From Nageia nagi (Eukaryota; Plantae; Pinophyta), in the NCBI GenBank assembly GCA_050084985.1, contig JBITNC010000001.1, positions 180,110,001 to 180,174,000 of the forward strand: 64,000 nucleotides of DNA. The letters are read 5' to 3'. The position numbers and the translations under genes were made by a program. The notes under the pieces were generated by a model that searched no databases, was not told where the DNA came from, and saw only the letters and a program-made list of their open reading frames with translations. Shown here in pieces: positions 23,631-35,420 of this stretch; positions within the stretch are counted from its first letter, which is position 1, and each line of letters opens with the position of its first letter.

Positions 23631-26339
23631 TCTTTTATCCCAAGTAATTTAACCAAAGCTTAATTAAATAAATAATTATATAGAATTGCAATTTAACCTT
23701 AGGAAAAGAAATTAACTTTAACACTAAGGGAAAAAATTACTGCATTTTCATCATAACAAAAAAGATTAAACATCCCATTTGCATTTTTATCTTAGAAGAA
23801 AAAACAAATTCACTAAGGAAAGAAATTCCACATTTAAGAAAATTGCTTCTAAACATTCTCTCCTTTTTAAGATAATTTCTTAAAAAAATAAACTCCTCAA
23901 AAGGTAAAAATATTAAGCATTTATCCACCTTTTTTTGCAATTTCTACTTTAGAGGAGAAGAAAAACAATTTTCCACTTATACCTTAAACATTTCTAAGGA
24001 TATATTTCAAGCAATTTTTATAAGTGTTAAATACAAATCTCCCCTTTTAACACAAAAAAATGCCATATTAAGAAAAATTCATCCCCTCCTTACTTTAACA
24101 AAAAATGCCTTAAGTTGCTAAGAAAAAATCAACCACCTTTAAGAATTAAAAAAAAAAATCCAAAAGTTATGAACAAGACAAATAATGAGTCATCATGGAG
24201 TGCAATAAATCACCTTGCAAGAAATAAATGCAAAATGGAGACCCATACTCCACTTTAAGCTCGTTAATGCTCTGTTGGGTTAATGATGGCTTAAAACAAA
24301 TTGTTATGTAAGGAACCCAAAAAATCTATCAAACAAGCAACAAAGACCATCGAATAAAAAAATATTTAATCATGAGAAAGAGGTGGAGCCCATCAATGAG
24401 GGGTGCAAGGTTAAAAAATGTCCAATCTTAGAATACATGTATATATAAAAACATGGGCAATGAATTGCACAAGAAGTTTCATCAGATAAGGGAGATAAGC
24501 AAGGATGGATAGGGTTCGGAGGGTATCTTACCCCCTTATTTGTTGCAATGTGGTGCAAAAATGAAGGGATGGGGCTAGGTGGATTCGAAAGCTAAGCCAT
24601 GCATCCTCTTTTGCATAGCAGTCCAATCAACGGGGCCAAGGAAGGTGGGGAAAATGGTAGTATGACTATGTGGTGGCTAGCGAGTGGAGGGTGGCATAGG
24701 CCACTTCATAGTTGCTAGGGTTGGTGGGAGGTTATTTGCATGGCTGACATCATGGTTGGATGAGGGGATCACCATGGAAAGGCACAAGTAAGGACAAAGT
24801 CAACTACATGGTATATGGTGGGTTGGTAGTGTGGTGAGTCATCGAGTTTGGCAGGTCATCAAGTTCAAGCAGGTCATCGAGTTTGAGCAACTAGGGAGTC
24901 AACAAGCAAAGTCTTGAAGTGATGTGAGGGGTGAGAGCAACTAGGGAGTCAACAAGCAAAGTCTTGAAGTGATGTGAGGGGTGATGCAAAGTCCTAAAGA
25001 GGCATATGGGATGTGGTGGGTGATTTGTGATAGTGCGAGGAAGTTGCTTAGCTGCCAAGTAGGTCATCACATACGGTTAGGGAGGTGGTCGCCATGTACA
25101 GCTAGGGAGGTGGCTGCCATGCATGACCAAGGAGATGGCAGGCCAAGGGCCACGGGCTCCTAAAAATTTTAAAAATAAAACCTTCCTTTCTTTTTATATA
25201 TAATAATAATAATAATAATAATTGTGAACATGAAACAAAAAGGACTCCACTTTTAGAATGGAAATAAAGAATTGCATTTATTTTATGCAACTAATTCCAC
25301 TTACTTTGTATAGAATAGATTTCAAGTAGAAAAAAAAATGTTTATAGGATGCTCAAATAACAAAATAAATGATATATATGTTGAGGCTTTTCACTTTCCC
25401 CCTTTTTTAATTGCATATAAAACTCCTCTCAAAAAATAATCTACAATAATTTGCAGTAATAATGTGATAAAGCAATTGCAACTTTTTGCAAATGTTTTAT
25501 TACAAGTTTAATAAATTTTGCAAAAACCAAATGTAAGTGGCTAAAAAATTACAAATAAAATTGACAACATTATTGTTATATCTTAAGCATTTTTTTTTTT
25601 AATTGTAATTAACAAAATAATCTTAGTAAAAAAATTGCATAGCAATAACATGTAAGCAATTTCAAAAAAATTACAACTAACATATAACAATGTTAGTAGC
25701 TCATAAGGTAAAAAATAATTTTAAAAGAAGGAGAAAAATTATTTCTTCAAATATTTTACCTCACCAAAGTACATGGGAGAAGGGATGGCATGAACCTTCA
25801 AAAAATAATATGGAAGAGGAGCCTTCACACTAAGCTCTTGATACCAAATGAAAGAATAAAGATGTCAATACTCAATTACTATATTTACAATATTATATGA
25901 AAGCTCACTCAAACATTAATACTCAAGAATAAACAATTTCACAAATTGACACAAGGTATAAGTGGTTCCTCCAACCATCGAAGTACATCCACTAATTAAG
26001 ATCTTTCTCATTCACAAAGATAACTCTTTTAGAAGACCTTTGCCTTCCTCTCCTAACACTAATCCTAAAGCATAACTTTGCTTCAACTTTTAGTGTATGA
26101 TCTCAAGTAGAGGGCCTTCTATTTATAGGCCAAAATCCTTCCTTGGATCACCGTTTTAACCATTGTACAAAGATATGACATGCTTCACCTTTTTACCTAA
26201 GGTGCATGCTCATGAGAAGGAGTGTAGGACAAGTTACATTATCATATTCACTTAGATACTTTAAGGTATCTAATGATACCTTTAAGTATTGGTGAATTTA
26301 CAAGAAGAACCTTACAATAATACATTATACATTCCAACA
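23631..26339 (-). mobile_element. Ty1/Copia family A, copy A4 (5' LTR, PBS, part of leader)
   Basis: LTR 25849-26339 (reverse complement TGTTGGAATGTATAATGTATTATTG...TTTCA), PBS TGGTATCAAGAGC at ~25834-25846, leader homologous to A1/A2. Confidence 0.85.
25849..26339 (-). repeat. 5' LTR of Copia A4
   Basis: Homologous to 734-1234, with TG..CA termini. Confidence 0.9.
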
Positions 26340-28436
26340 AATAAGACTAAGAAAACACATTAGAAAACTCTTTTAACAGTAAGTGTTACCTTTCCCTTTC
26401 TTCCAAGGTTAACCAAGCTCCTATTTTGATCAACTTTGGGTCCTCTTGGGTATCGATGTTTACTTCTATTGTTTTCTCACTAAGACATAATTTTTTTCAC
26501 TAAGTTAGGGAGGCATAGGCAATGCCCCTAGTCCTGCATCTAAACTCAATCATAAGAGATATGGAGAATAGAGCAATGCTGCTCAAATCTGAGTGACATT
26601 GCTCCATTAATGGATGATAAAATAGACATCAAATGATTAAGTCACTAGACATAGGATTGATCTTACAAAAAATGAAGAGAAGGAAATAAAAGGAGAAAAA
26701 AACTAACCTAAAATATTTTCATCATCCTTGCAAACCTCCTCTCTAAAATAGGCTTAATATCACAAGAACCATATTACGAACCTCTTCTCACTAGATTTGG
26801 AAAACTCACTTCTTACCCCTAGCTTTTTAAGAATATCATCATCAATCCAGAATACATCCACTCAAACTAGAGTAGTAGATGGTAAGAACGAATCTACATA
26901 ATAAGCATGTAATTCCTCCATAGGGTTGTGCATCATACTACAATGTAACCATTCATCAAAGATACCCCTTGATCACTAGTATCAACATGTTGGATGATTG
27001 GGGTTGAATATGATGTGTTAGGAATTGACTAATCAAATCTAATTCTCATCACTCTCTTGTGTTTACCTTCCTTTGAGATAGGTTCTATGATATCTTGCTC
27101 ATCCTTACCTAGTCCTTTTCCATCATATTATCATTTGTGCATATATTGGTTAGCAAAAGCGGAATCAATACTATTGAAATGCATACTTACATGACATACT
27201 AAAGTCTAATAAATAGAATAAATGTATTCATTGTATGAAGAGCTTTTTCCTTCTTGTTCCTGATACAATACACTAACATCTGCAATAAGATCTTCTATAT
27301 TTTTAGGATTGGAGCAATGGTGCTCAATTTCATCCTGATTAAAGCAACATCACTAGGTTATAGGATTACATAGTAGTCATCCAAGCTCTCTGAAATTCTA
27401 CCAGATGTCAATCTTTGAAATTCTATATGATCCCAAACTTACCTCTTTTGGACTGATGTTGTTAACAATATTTGGCATGTCTTCTTCATTATCAACCAAA
27501 TCATGTGGTATCCAAAATCTCTCAACTACTTGGCATACATCTATAGGGTTATCTTCTACATGAATTGTACCTTATTTTCCTTTGTGCATAAATTTAATTG
27601 ATTGATGCAATATGGAAGTAATAGCCCTAAGCTTATGAATCCATGGTCTACCAAGAAATAAGTTATATGGTAATTTTACTTAAAAACATAAACTTTTTTA
27701 TAAATAGTTTTACCACTTACTTCAATAGGCATAGTAACATAACCAATGCATTCTTTCAATAGGCATAGTAACATAACCAATGCATTCTTTTTAGTATTAT
27801 CAAATCCTTTATGCTAATTTTACTTCTCTTTATTTCTATATATATTGAAGGAAAGTACTTTTGCAATAATTCTACTAAACAAACATTAATATTAGAAGTA
27901 ATATAAATCAATGCTTTTTTAACAGGAATACCATCAACATTTACATGAATATACATCCCTAAATTCTTTTCAATGACATACTCACTATGCAATTCACTAT
28001 CTTAAAAATAAAGCATGTTACAAACCAAGTATGTATCATGAATAACTACTAACTGTATAAATTTAGCAATAGGAATATCCACATCAACTTTAGTCCTTTT
28101 AAGTGCATCAAATAAAGAATCTATATGATCAATGAATAATTGCAAAAGTTCAAAAAACACTTATCTTGGCATAAGCTACCTTTAATTAGTCAAGAAGTTG
28201 TTGCATACCAAACTTATGTGAGATCTTATAATAATCGAATGGTTGAAATTGTTCCACAACTGTAACTTATATAAATAGATGATGAAAATTTATTCATATT
28301 TAATTATTGGTATGTGATATTTATTATATATTTTTTATAAATAATATTTGTGTGAAATTTATTGCATCTTTATTAATAATATTTAAGATATGTAAGTTGG
28401 TTATAAATATTTTTATATTCATGATGACTATAGTAT
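26340..28436 (-). pseudogene. Tat/Ogre-type Gypsy-B pol fragment: protease, G-patch and linker
   Basis: VDGIPVKKALIYITSNINV (decayed protease site), [26 protein letters not shown] at ~27600-27670, and G-patch-like YDGKGLGKDEQDIIEPI at ~27080-27130. Confidence 0.75.
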
Positions 28437-29104
28437 TGTTAGAGTTTTGACCTGTTGAAGACTCCAAAATCAACTCTCTGGACTCTGGATCATAGATTAC
28501 ATAGTGGATCATGGATGTCTAGCTTTAATAGCATATGACTTGTTTCAATCGTATGCAACCAATACCAAATTGCAAACCTATTTAGGGAAACTAGTCATTT
28601 GTATTTGATTTTCTAGTTGTGTGCGATCGTAAGCGATTCTAGGTGATTATAGGGCATATTAATCTGATCATGTGCATTTTAGTTTTAGTGAGTAGTGTGA
28701 TTTTCTTGTGTGGTTTGCTGAATAAAGATCATAATGCACCAATCCTTAATCGATTGCAATCCACCCTGATTGCAATATGTCCATCCTGAATGCATACGAT
28801 TGAATCTTTGTTCTAATTTTGAGTATGGTCATAACCATGTTTGCGGTAGACTGTTAAGCTATAATAATTAGTGGGTTTTGTACTATTATCATAAGGAACA
28901 AGTGGTAGAAATTTCTTATCTTTTCATTAATGATTTGATATATTTTATTAGTCAGATTGTAAGCTTCCTTGGAATGTAATATTCTTAGTCAAGCATTTTT
29001 ATTTCTTATACACCTCAGGGATTCTTCTATTGAATTCTCTTGGTTCGTATATTGTACATATTTTTCACTATAATACAATCAATCAGTACTCAATAATTAT
29101 CTCA
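28437..29104 (+). repeat. 5' LTR of Copia B
   Basis: TGTTAGAG...ATCTCA followed by the PBS. Confidence 0.85.
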
Positions 29105-29578
29105 TTCTAGTATCAAAGCCAAGTTTATTACTTGGGTTTAATTTTATGAAGACTATGTCAAGATTCACCAAAATTCTTTCATAGGAGAATTCAAATTGTG
29201 TTTATGAGAGAAGAATTGGTTGAGAGATGGAAAATGGAAATAAGAATAACAATTTGCTAATCCCATAATTCAAAGGAGAAAATTATGAGTATTGGGATAT
29301 CCAAATGAAGCACTTATTCAATAGTAAAGGAGTTTGAGACATTGTAGAAGATGGATATACAGAACTAGCAAATTGGTCTCAAGTTGCAAATAAGGAAACA
29401 ATTAGGGAGTCTCAAAAGAAGATTAACCAAGATGTATTACTTATATAAACTATTATATATGAAAGTTCCTTCCCAAGAATTGTAAGTTGCACTTCTCCAA
29501 AAGAAGCTTGGAAAACTCTCAAATATGGATTTAAAGGCAACACTTAGGTAAAAAAGTGAGACTATAAACTCTAAAAAT

Positions 29579-31156
29579 TGATCCGAACTAAGGCTCATCT
29601 GAAATTGCATAATCCTTGTTCATAAAGTTATTATAACATCCAAAATATATGCAATGACTTGTACTAAGCACAAATTAATGACCAAAATTACCAAGAACAC
29701 TCCTCAATAGTCAATGTCTCATTATCTAGGGCATAATCGTATCACACAACCTCAATGTTTAGCAATATGAAAATATACTCAAAAAATAATATATAATTAT
29801 TCAACACATGATTTAAGGGAGCTAAAATACAAATTAACAACTAAAAATGCACTCCCAAATCCAACATCTAAGCAATGTGAGATAATAACAATAATATAGT
29901 AGAATAATGTAATTGCATCCAAATATGGAAATGGTAGTGAACCTCAATTACAATATTAATAATGAAGAATACTAATGCTCCATGGCTCAGTATTCGTAGT
30001 GTGGTGAAGCATACACTAGGGCTTCCCTTAAGAGCTATGGTGGAATCTCATAAATCCATTAGTAGTATTATATTAATTCATGGGTAATGTTAACACCCCT
30101 CAGATGGCTAGTTGTCAACTTAGGTTGCATAGTGCATCAAGCCCCAAGTGTATGCCCATGTAAGTCTTGTATTGTATCCCAATATAGGTACCTCATTTGA
30201 ATAATGGAATCTAGAAGAGCAACATTCCAACCAAAGAATAATAATAATAATAATAATCACATGAGTTTATCTTCCAAGATCCCTTCTTATATATGAAGAG
30301 GTAACTCATCTTCTAATCAAGCATTGAGGTTGATCTAACATTGTACAATGGTGATCCGTATGGCCACATAGCCAACATCCAAGATGGGGAGTCTTAGGAT
30401 AGGTGTTGTTACATCTAAGAGCTCCTAATTACAATGCCTCGTGTAAGGGGATTCCTATGTGCATTGGGATCTGTAAAATCATCATTAAAGCCTCCTAGTG
30501 TGATGTTGAGCCTTGAGATTTTCTATGGTACCTTGAGATACCAAAATACCTTCCATCAATGGTTCAATCCTCTAGGTGTACCATGTCCAAATATGGGTGT
30601 CTTCTTGATGCCTCATGATGGGTGAAATTACCTTCGTTCATGCTCTACCTTGAAAGGGGACCAATATTACTAAAGAGGCCCATTAAATACCAATGTTACA
30701 ATCATCAAGGCTAAATATATGCAGCATCCCAAATTAAGTGACTAATATTGCATTTACAATTAATAATTGCCTTAGAATTATCAAATAAAATATTATTGTC
30801 ATTATTACAAATACCACTAATTACAAATATGAAAATACTCTTAATTAAATATAAATCACTCCTAGATAAACTAAATTGCTATTGTTCATCCCTAGAGAAT
30901 GAATGTCACTCTCAAATGAGAGTGAATCATGAATTTTCATGCATGCGTGATATGAGAAAATTGGCATGAGGAGTGAACTTCCAAGTGCCATATCTCCTTT
31001 ATTTCTTGATGAAACCTAACTGTATAACCTATAAAAATGAATGGTACGAGATGCTCTATCCATTCCAATTGATGAATTTGTAATTCATGGCTTATGTAGG
31101 GTGATATCCCCTTAAGATTGGAAATAAGTTGGAAGCTCAAAATTGGGGGCATTACA
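29579..31156 (-). repeat. 3' LTR of the nested non-autonomous element
   Basis: Direct repeat of 33850-35420. Confidence 0.88.
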
Positions 31157-33269
31157 ATATCATCTGTACAAAATTGCTTGTCCTCAAATGATGCTAATAC
31201 AATTATAAAGTTATTAATGTCCCAATTTGATTTTGAAGAAAGATATTCATGCTTTCATTATGTGTCTCTAATTATGAATGCATCATGCCATGGTCATGCT
31301 CTACTTATTCTTTCTTTATTGATAGCCATGGGGCCAAGAGTAAATACAAATGCAAAGAGAGTTACCCAAATCATTGTTGTTGTATACCTTATCTTTATCT
31401 TTTCAATATTGAGATCCATACATGTTGTTCCCCAAAATGTCATTATGTCCTGCAAATGGATATGTATGAAGTATATCCTTTCTTGTTCACCAACCTTTCA
31501 TTGCAATTCTGATTTTATCATAATGAATAGTTCTTAATACTATTTCACTCCTCCTTGCATGCTCTTTTTCATGAGCAAACTTACACTTTGGGTAGTCCTG
31601 AATCAAATTGAAGGGTTTGCATAGTATATAAACCCTTCTAAATATGAAATCAATCCTAATTAAAAATGCATTTTCATTGGGTATGTAGTATGAACCTCCT
31701 TTTGTTGCCCATAAAGCCAATTTTTCATCTTCATTTCCTTTTAGTGTGTTGGTTGCCCAATATTTTATTGTTGGAACCCCAACTTGTGCAAGGATATATG
31801 CTATCTTTTGTTTTGTATTATATTCAATATATTTTACTATATTCTATAACCTTATATATCCTTCTTTGGTGGTTGTGCTTTAATTATGGCTATGGACAAG
31901 GCATTATTAGATTGTATCATCATTCTTGAGTTCTGCTAGCCAGATACATTCCATAAAAATGTTCTCTCTTTCCTTCCATGAAATCTTGGAATCCTTAAAA
32001 TCTAATTATTCTCTCTCAAATTCTCATCTAGCCTTCTCAGTTTCACCTCTAGTTTCATCCAAAATAGCTTGATACTTTGCTCTACATATTCTACTACCTT
32101 TTGAGCAAGTTTAATCAACTCATCTTTGTGGATTGATTCCTCCTGAATTCTTGATAACTTTGTATTCATTAATCTAAAGGTTGAATGATAGTCAACATTC
32201 CTTTTATGAAGAAGTTCAATTTGTTCTTCCCTTTTTTAGAGATAAGATTCAAATTTTGCCTTAAAAGATTCATCTCTTTATTGCATTCATTATTACAATG
32301 CTAAAACCTTTTGCAATGTTACTTGAGTTAGTTCATATTTTCTTTTCCATTCGAAACTTTACCTTTTTATCTCTTCCAAAAGTTCAAGAACATTGTAATG
32401 CTTTATACTTGATTTGAAAACTTTCCATCTTGTCTAAATTCTTCCTTACATCCTTATTATATTTTTTATTGAGCACTATTTATTTTTCTATCATTTGCAA
32501 TTTTTCCTCAAGTGTGTGGCACTTTGTTTGCAGTTCATTTTTTATGATCTTCAACTTAGACATTCTAGATATATAATGCAATCCTCTCCTCCTTCTTTTC
32601 CTTCATGAGATCTAATTTGGCATTTGCAATATTTTTCCTAACTGATTCAATATCCTTAGAAAATTGCTCTTCCATAGTCTTTTAATTTTCTTTAAGTTGT
32701 TCATGATCTTCTTTCCATTTGGAGTTTTCCTTTTTTGTAGCTTCCAAAAGCTCACGTATTTTGGAATACTTTTCTTCCAAAGATCTATACTTATTTTGAA
32801 AGTTGGACAATTTATCTGAATTCCTTTTCTTTTCTAAAACAACATTCTTATTACCCTTTTGACTAAGATTTAATCACTTTTCTATCTTCTGCAATTTATC
32901 CTCAAGTGAATGACACCTAGTTTGGAGTTCCTCTTTGATGTTTCCCTTGTTATTCTCTCTGATCTTACTACCTTGAGTTTCATAATTAATTTCTTTATTT
33001 TGGGTTGCTTTCATGTTGTCTCCTATAAGTTTCTCAAGTTTTATCTGAATTCCTTTTCTTGGATCGCTAGGTTATGCATGCACTTATAAGGAGAATTCTT
33101 GTGGTTGGGTTGTTTCGCGATAAATGTCTAAGTTCAAAGCTTTTGAAAGCCATGAAGCAAGAATTTTCTTTCCTTTAAGCTCCAAAAATATCTTGAAATC
33201 TATGACTTTCTTATAATTTGGGGATCATCCCTTATATTATAGGAATAGGGTGTCCATTTCCTCTTAATT

Positions 33270-33495
33270 TAGGATTTTTAAAAGTAGGAAGAGTTATTGT
33301 AAAAGAGTGCACTTTGAGAATAAAGATCTTAGATTAGTGGATGTAATCAAATGGTTGGAGAAAGCACTTTATATTGGTGTTAAGTTTGTGAGATTGGCTA
33401 TTATGTTATGTTATTATGTTGATATTTTATAAGAGCTATCATGAGATCTTGGTTGGAGAGGATTTTAATCTATTAGGATTAGTTACCTCATCTCA
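33270..33495 (+). repeat. Partial family-A LTR (3' part)
   Basis: GTAGGAAGAGTTATTGTAAAAGAGTGC...TGGTGTTAAGTTTGTGAGATT...CATCTCA matches 21838-22043. Confidence 0.8.
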
Positions 33496-33849
33496 AAGCT
33501 AGAATTATGTCATCAAGATTTGCTACAAACTCCTCTAATGTACCAAAATAGTTTCTAAGAACCTTAACATCCCTCCATTGATGCTTGAATTTCTAATCAG
33601 GATACCAAATTTCCCTATATCCAATGGATAATGCTTGAAGTGCTCTACATCTCACTTTCTTGGCTTTCTTATTATGGAGTATCACTATAACTTCCTCTTT
33701 AGATCTTTACCCAGTATAATGACAATATCTAAGCTTTGCAATTTCTCTCCAATAGGACAAAGAGATCATAGCCTTCCCTTAAAAAACTTAAAGTATTTCA
33801 AGATCTTACCCAACAAAATGGTAGGATCTTGACTTTGATACCATTATTA

Positions 33850-35420
33850 TGAGTTGAACTAGGGCTTATTTGAAGTTGCATAATCTTTATTCATAAAATT
33901 ATCATAAAATCCAAAATATATGCAATGACTTGTACCAAGTACAAATTAATGACCAAAATTATGAAGAACACTCCTCAATAGCCAACATCTCATTCTCCAA
34001 GGTACAATCATATCATATTACCTCAACGTATAGTAATATGAGCAAGATATCAAGTAATAACATATAATTATCCAACGTAGGGTTTAAGGGAGCCAAAATA
34101 CAAATTAACAACTAAAAATGCACTCCCAAATCCAATGTCTAAGTAGTATGAGATGATAACAATAATATAGTTGAATAATGTAATTGTATTCAAATATGAA
34201 AATGGTAGTGAACCTCAATTACAATATTAATTCTTAATAAGATTGATGCTCTAGGGCTCAGTATTCTTAGTGTGGTAAAGTGCGCATCGAGGCTTCCTCC
34301 TCTAATAGTTGTGGTAGAATCTTAGATATCTACTAGTAGTATTCTATTAATTTGAGGGTAATGCCAACACCCTTCAGATGGCTAGTTTTCAACTTAGATT
34401 ATGCCAACCCCTAACTGTGTGCCAACATAAATCTTGTACTGCACCCTGCTATAGGTACCTCATTTCAAAGAATGGAATCTGTAAAAGTAATGCTCCAACT
34501 AAAGAAGAATAATAATAATCGTATGAGTTTATCTTCTACGAGTCCTCCTTATATAGGTAGAGGTAGCTCATATTCTAATTAAGCATTGAAGTTGATCCAA
34601 CAATGTATAAGGGGCATGATCTATGCGCCCACATAGCCAATGTCCAAGATGTGGAGTCTTGTGATAGGTATTGTCATACCCAAGGGCTCCTAATTGCAAT
34701 GTCTCATGTAGGGGGATTCTTATGTGTATTGGGATGCATAAAATCATCATTAAATCCTCCTAGTATGACATTGAGCCTTAGGGTTTTCCATGGTCCCTAG
34801 AGATACCCAAATACCTTCCATCAATAATCCAATCCTCTAGGTGTGCTACATCCATGCTTGGGTGTCTTGTTGATGCCTCGTGATGGGTGAAATTACCTTG
34901 GTTCATGCTCTACCTCAAAAAGGGAGCAATATTACAAAAGAGGCCCAATAAATGCTAGTATTACAATCATCAAGGCTAAATATATTTAACATCACAATTA
35001 GGTGACTAATATTTCATTTGCAATTAATAATTGCCTTAACATCATCGAAAATAATATTATTAACATTATTACAAATAACACTAATTACAAATATGAGAAT
35101 ACTTCTAATTAAATATAAATCACCCCTATATAAATTAAATTGATATTTATCATCCTTGGAGGATGAATATCACTCTCAAATGAGAGTGAATCATGAATTT
35201 TTACACATGCATGATATGAGTAAACTGGCCCAACAAGTGAACTTTCAAGTACCATATCTCCTTTGTTTCTTCATAAAATATAGTTGTATAATCTGTCAAA
35301 ATGAATGGCACAAGATTCTTTATCCATTCCAAGTGATGAATTTGCAATTCTTGGCTTGTCTAGGGCAAAATCCCCTCAAGATTGGAAATAAGTTGGAAGC
35401 TCAAAATTGGGGATATTACA
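33850..35420 (-). repeat. 5' LTR of the nested non-autonomous element
   Basis: Direct repeat of 29579-31156, adjacent to the PBS. Confidence 0.88.

Larger units (their letters stand above)
29579..35420 (-). mobile_element. Non-autonomous chromovirus-like LTR element (LARD-type) nested in Copia B gag
   Basis: Two ~1.57-kb direct repeats at 29579-31156 and 33850-35420 (minus-strand start TGTAATGCCCCCAA / TGTAATATCCCCAA). PBS TGGTATCAAAGTC at ~33831-33843. TTGAGGACAAGCAATTTT lies before the 3' LTR. Flanks are AAAAT/AAAAG. No RT or INT is present. Confidence 0.85.

Noticed and set aside
24565-24645. Possible tRNA-like sequence in the A4 leader (minus strand TTCGAATCC)
   Set aside because: Only a partial B-box is present, and no cloverleaf or recognisable tRNA identity could be built.
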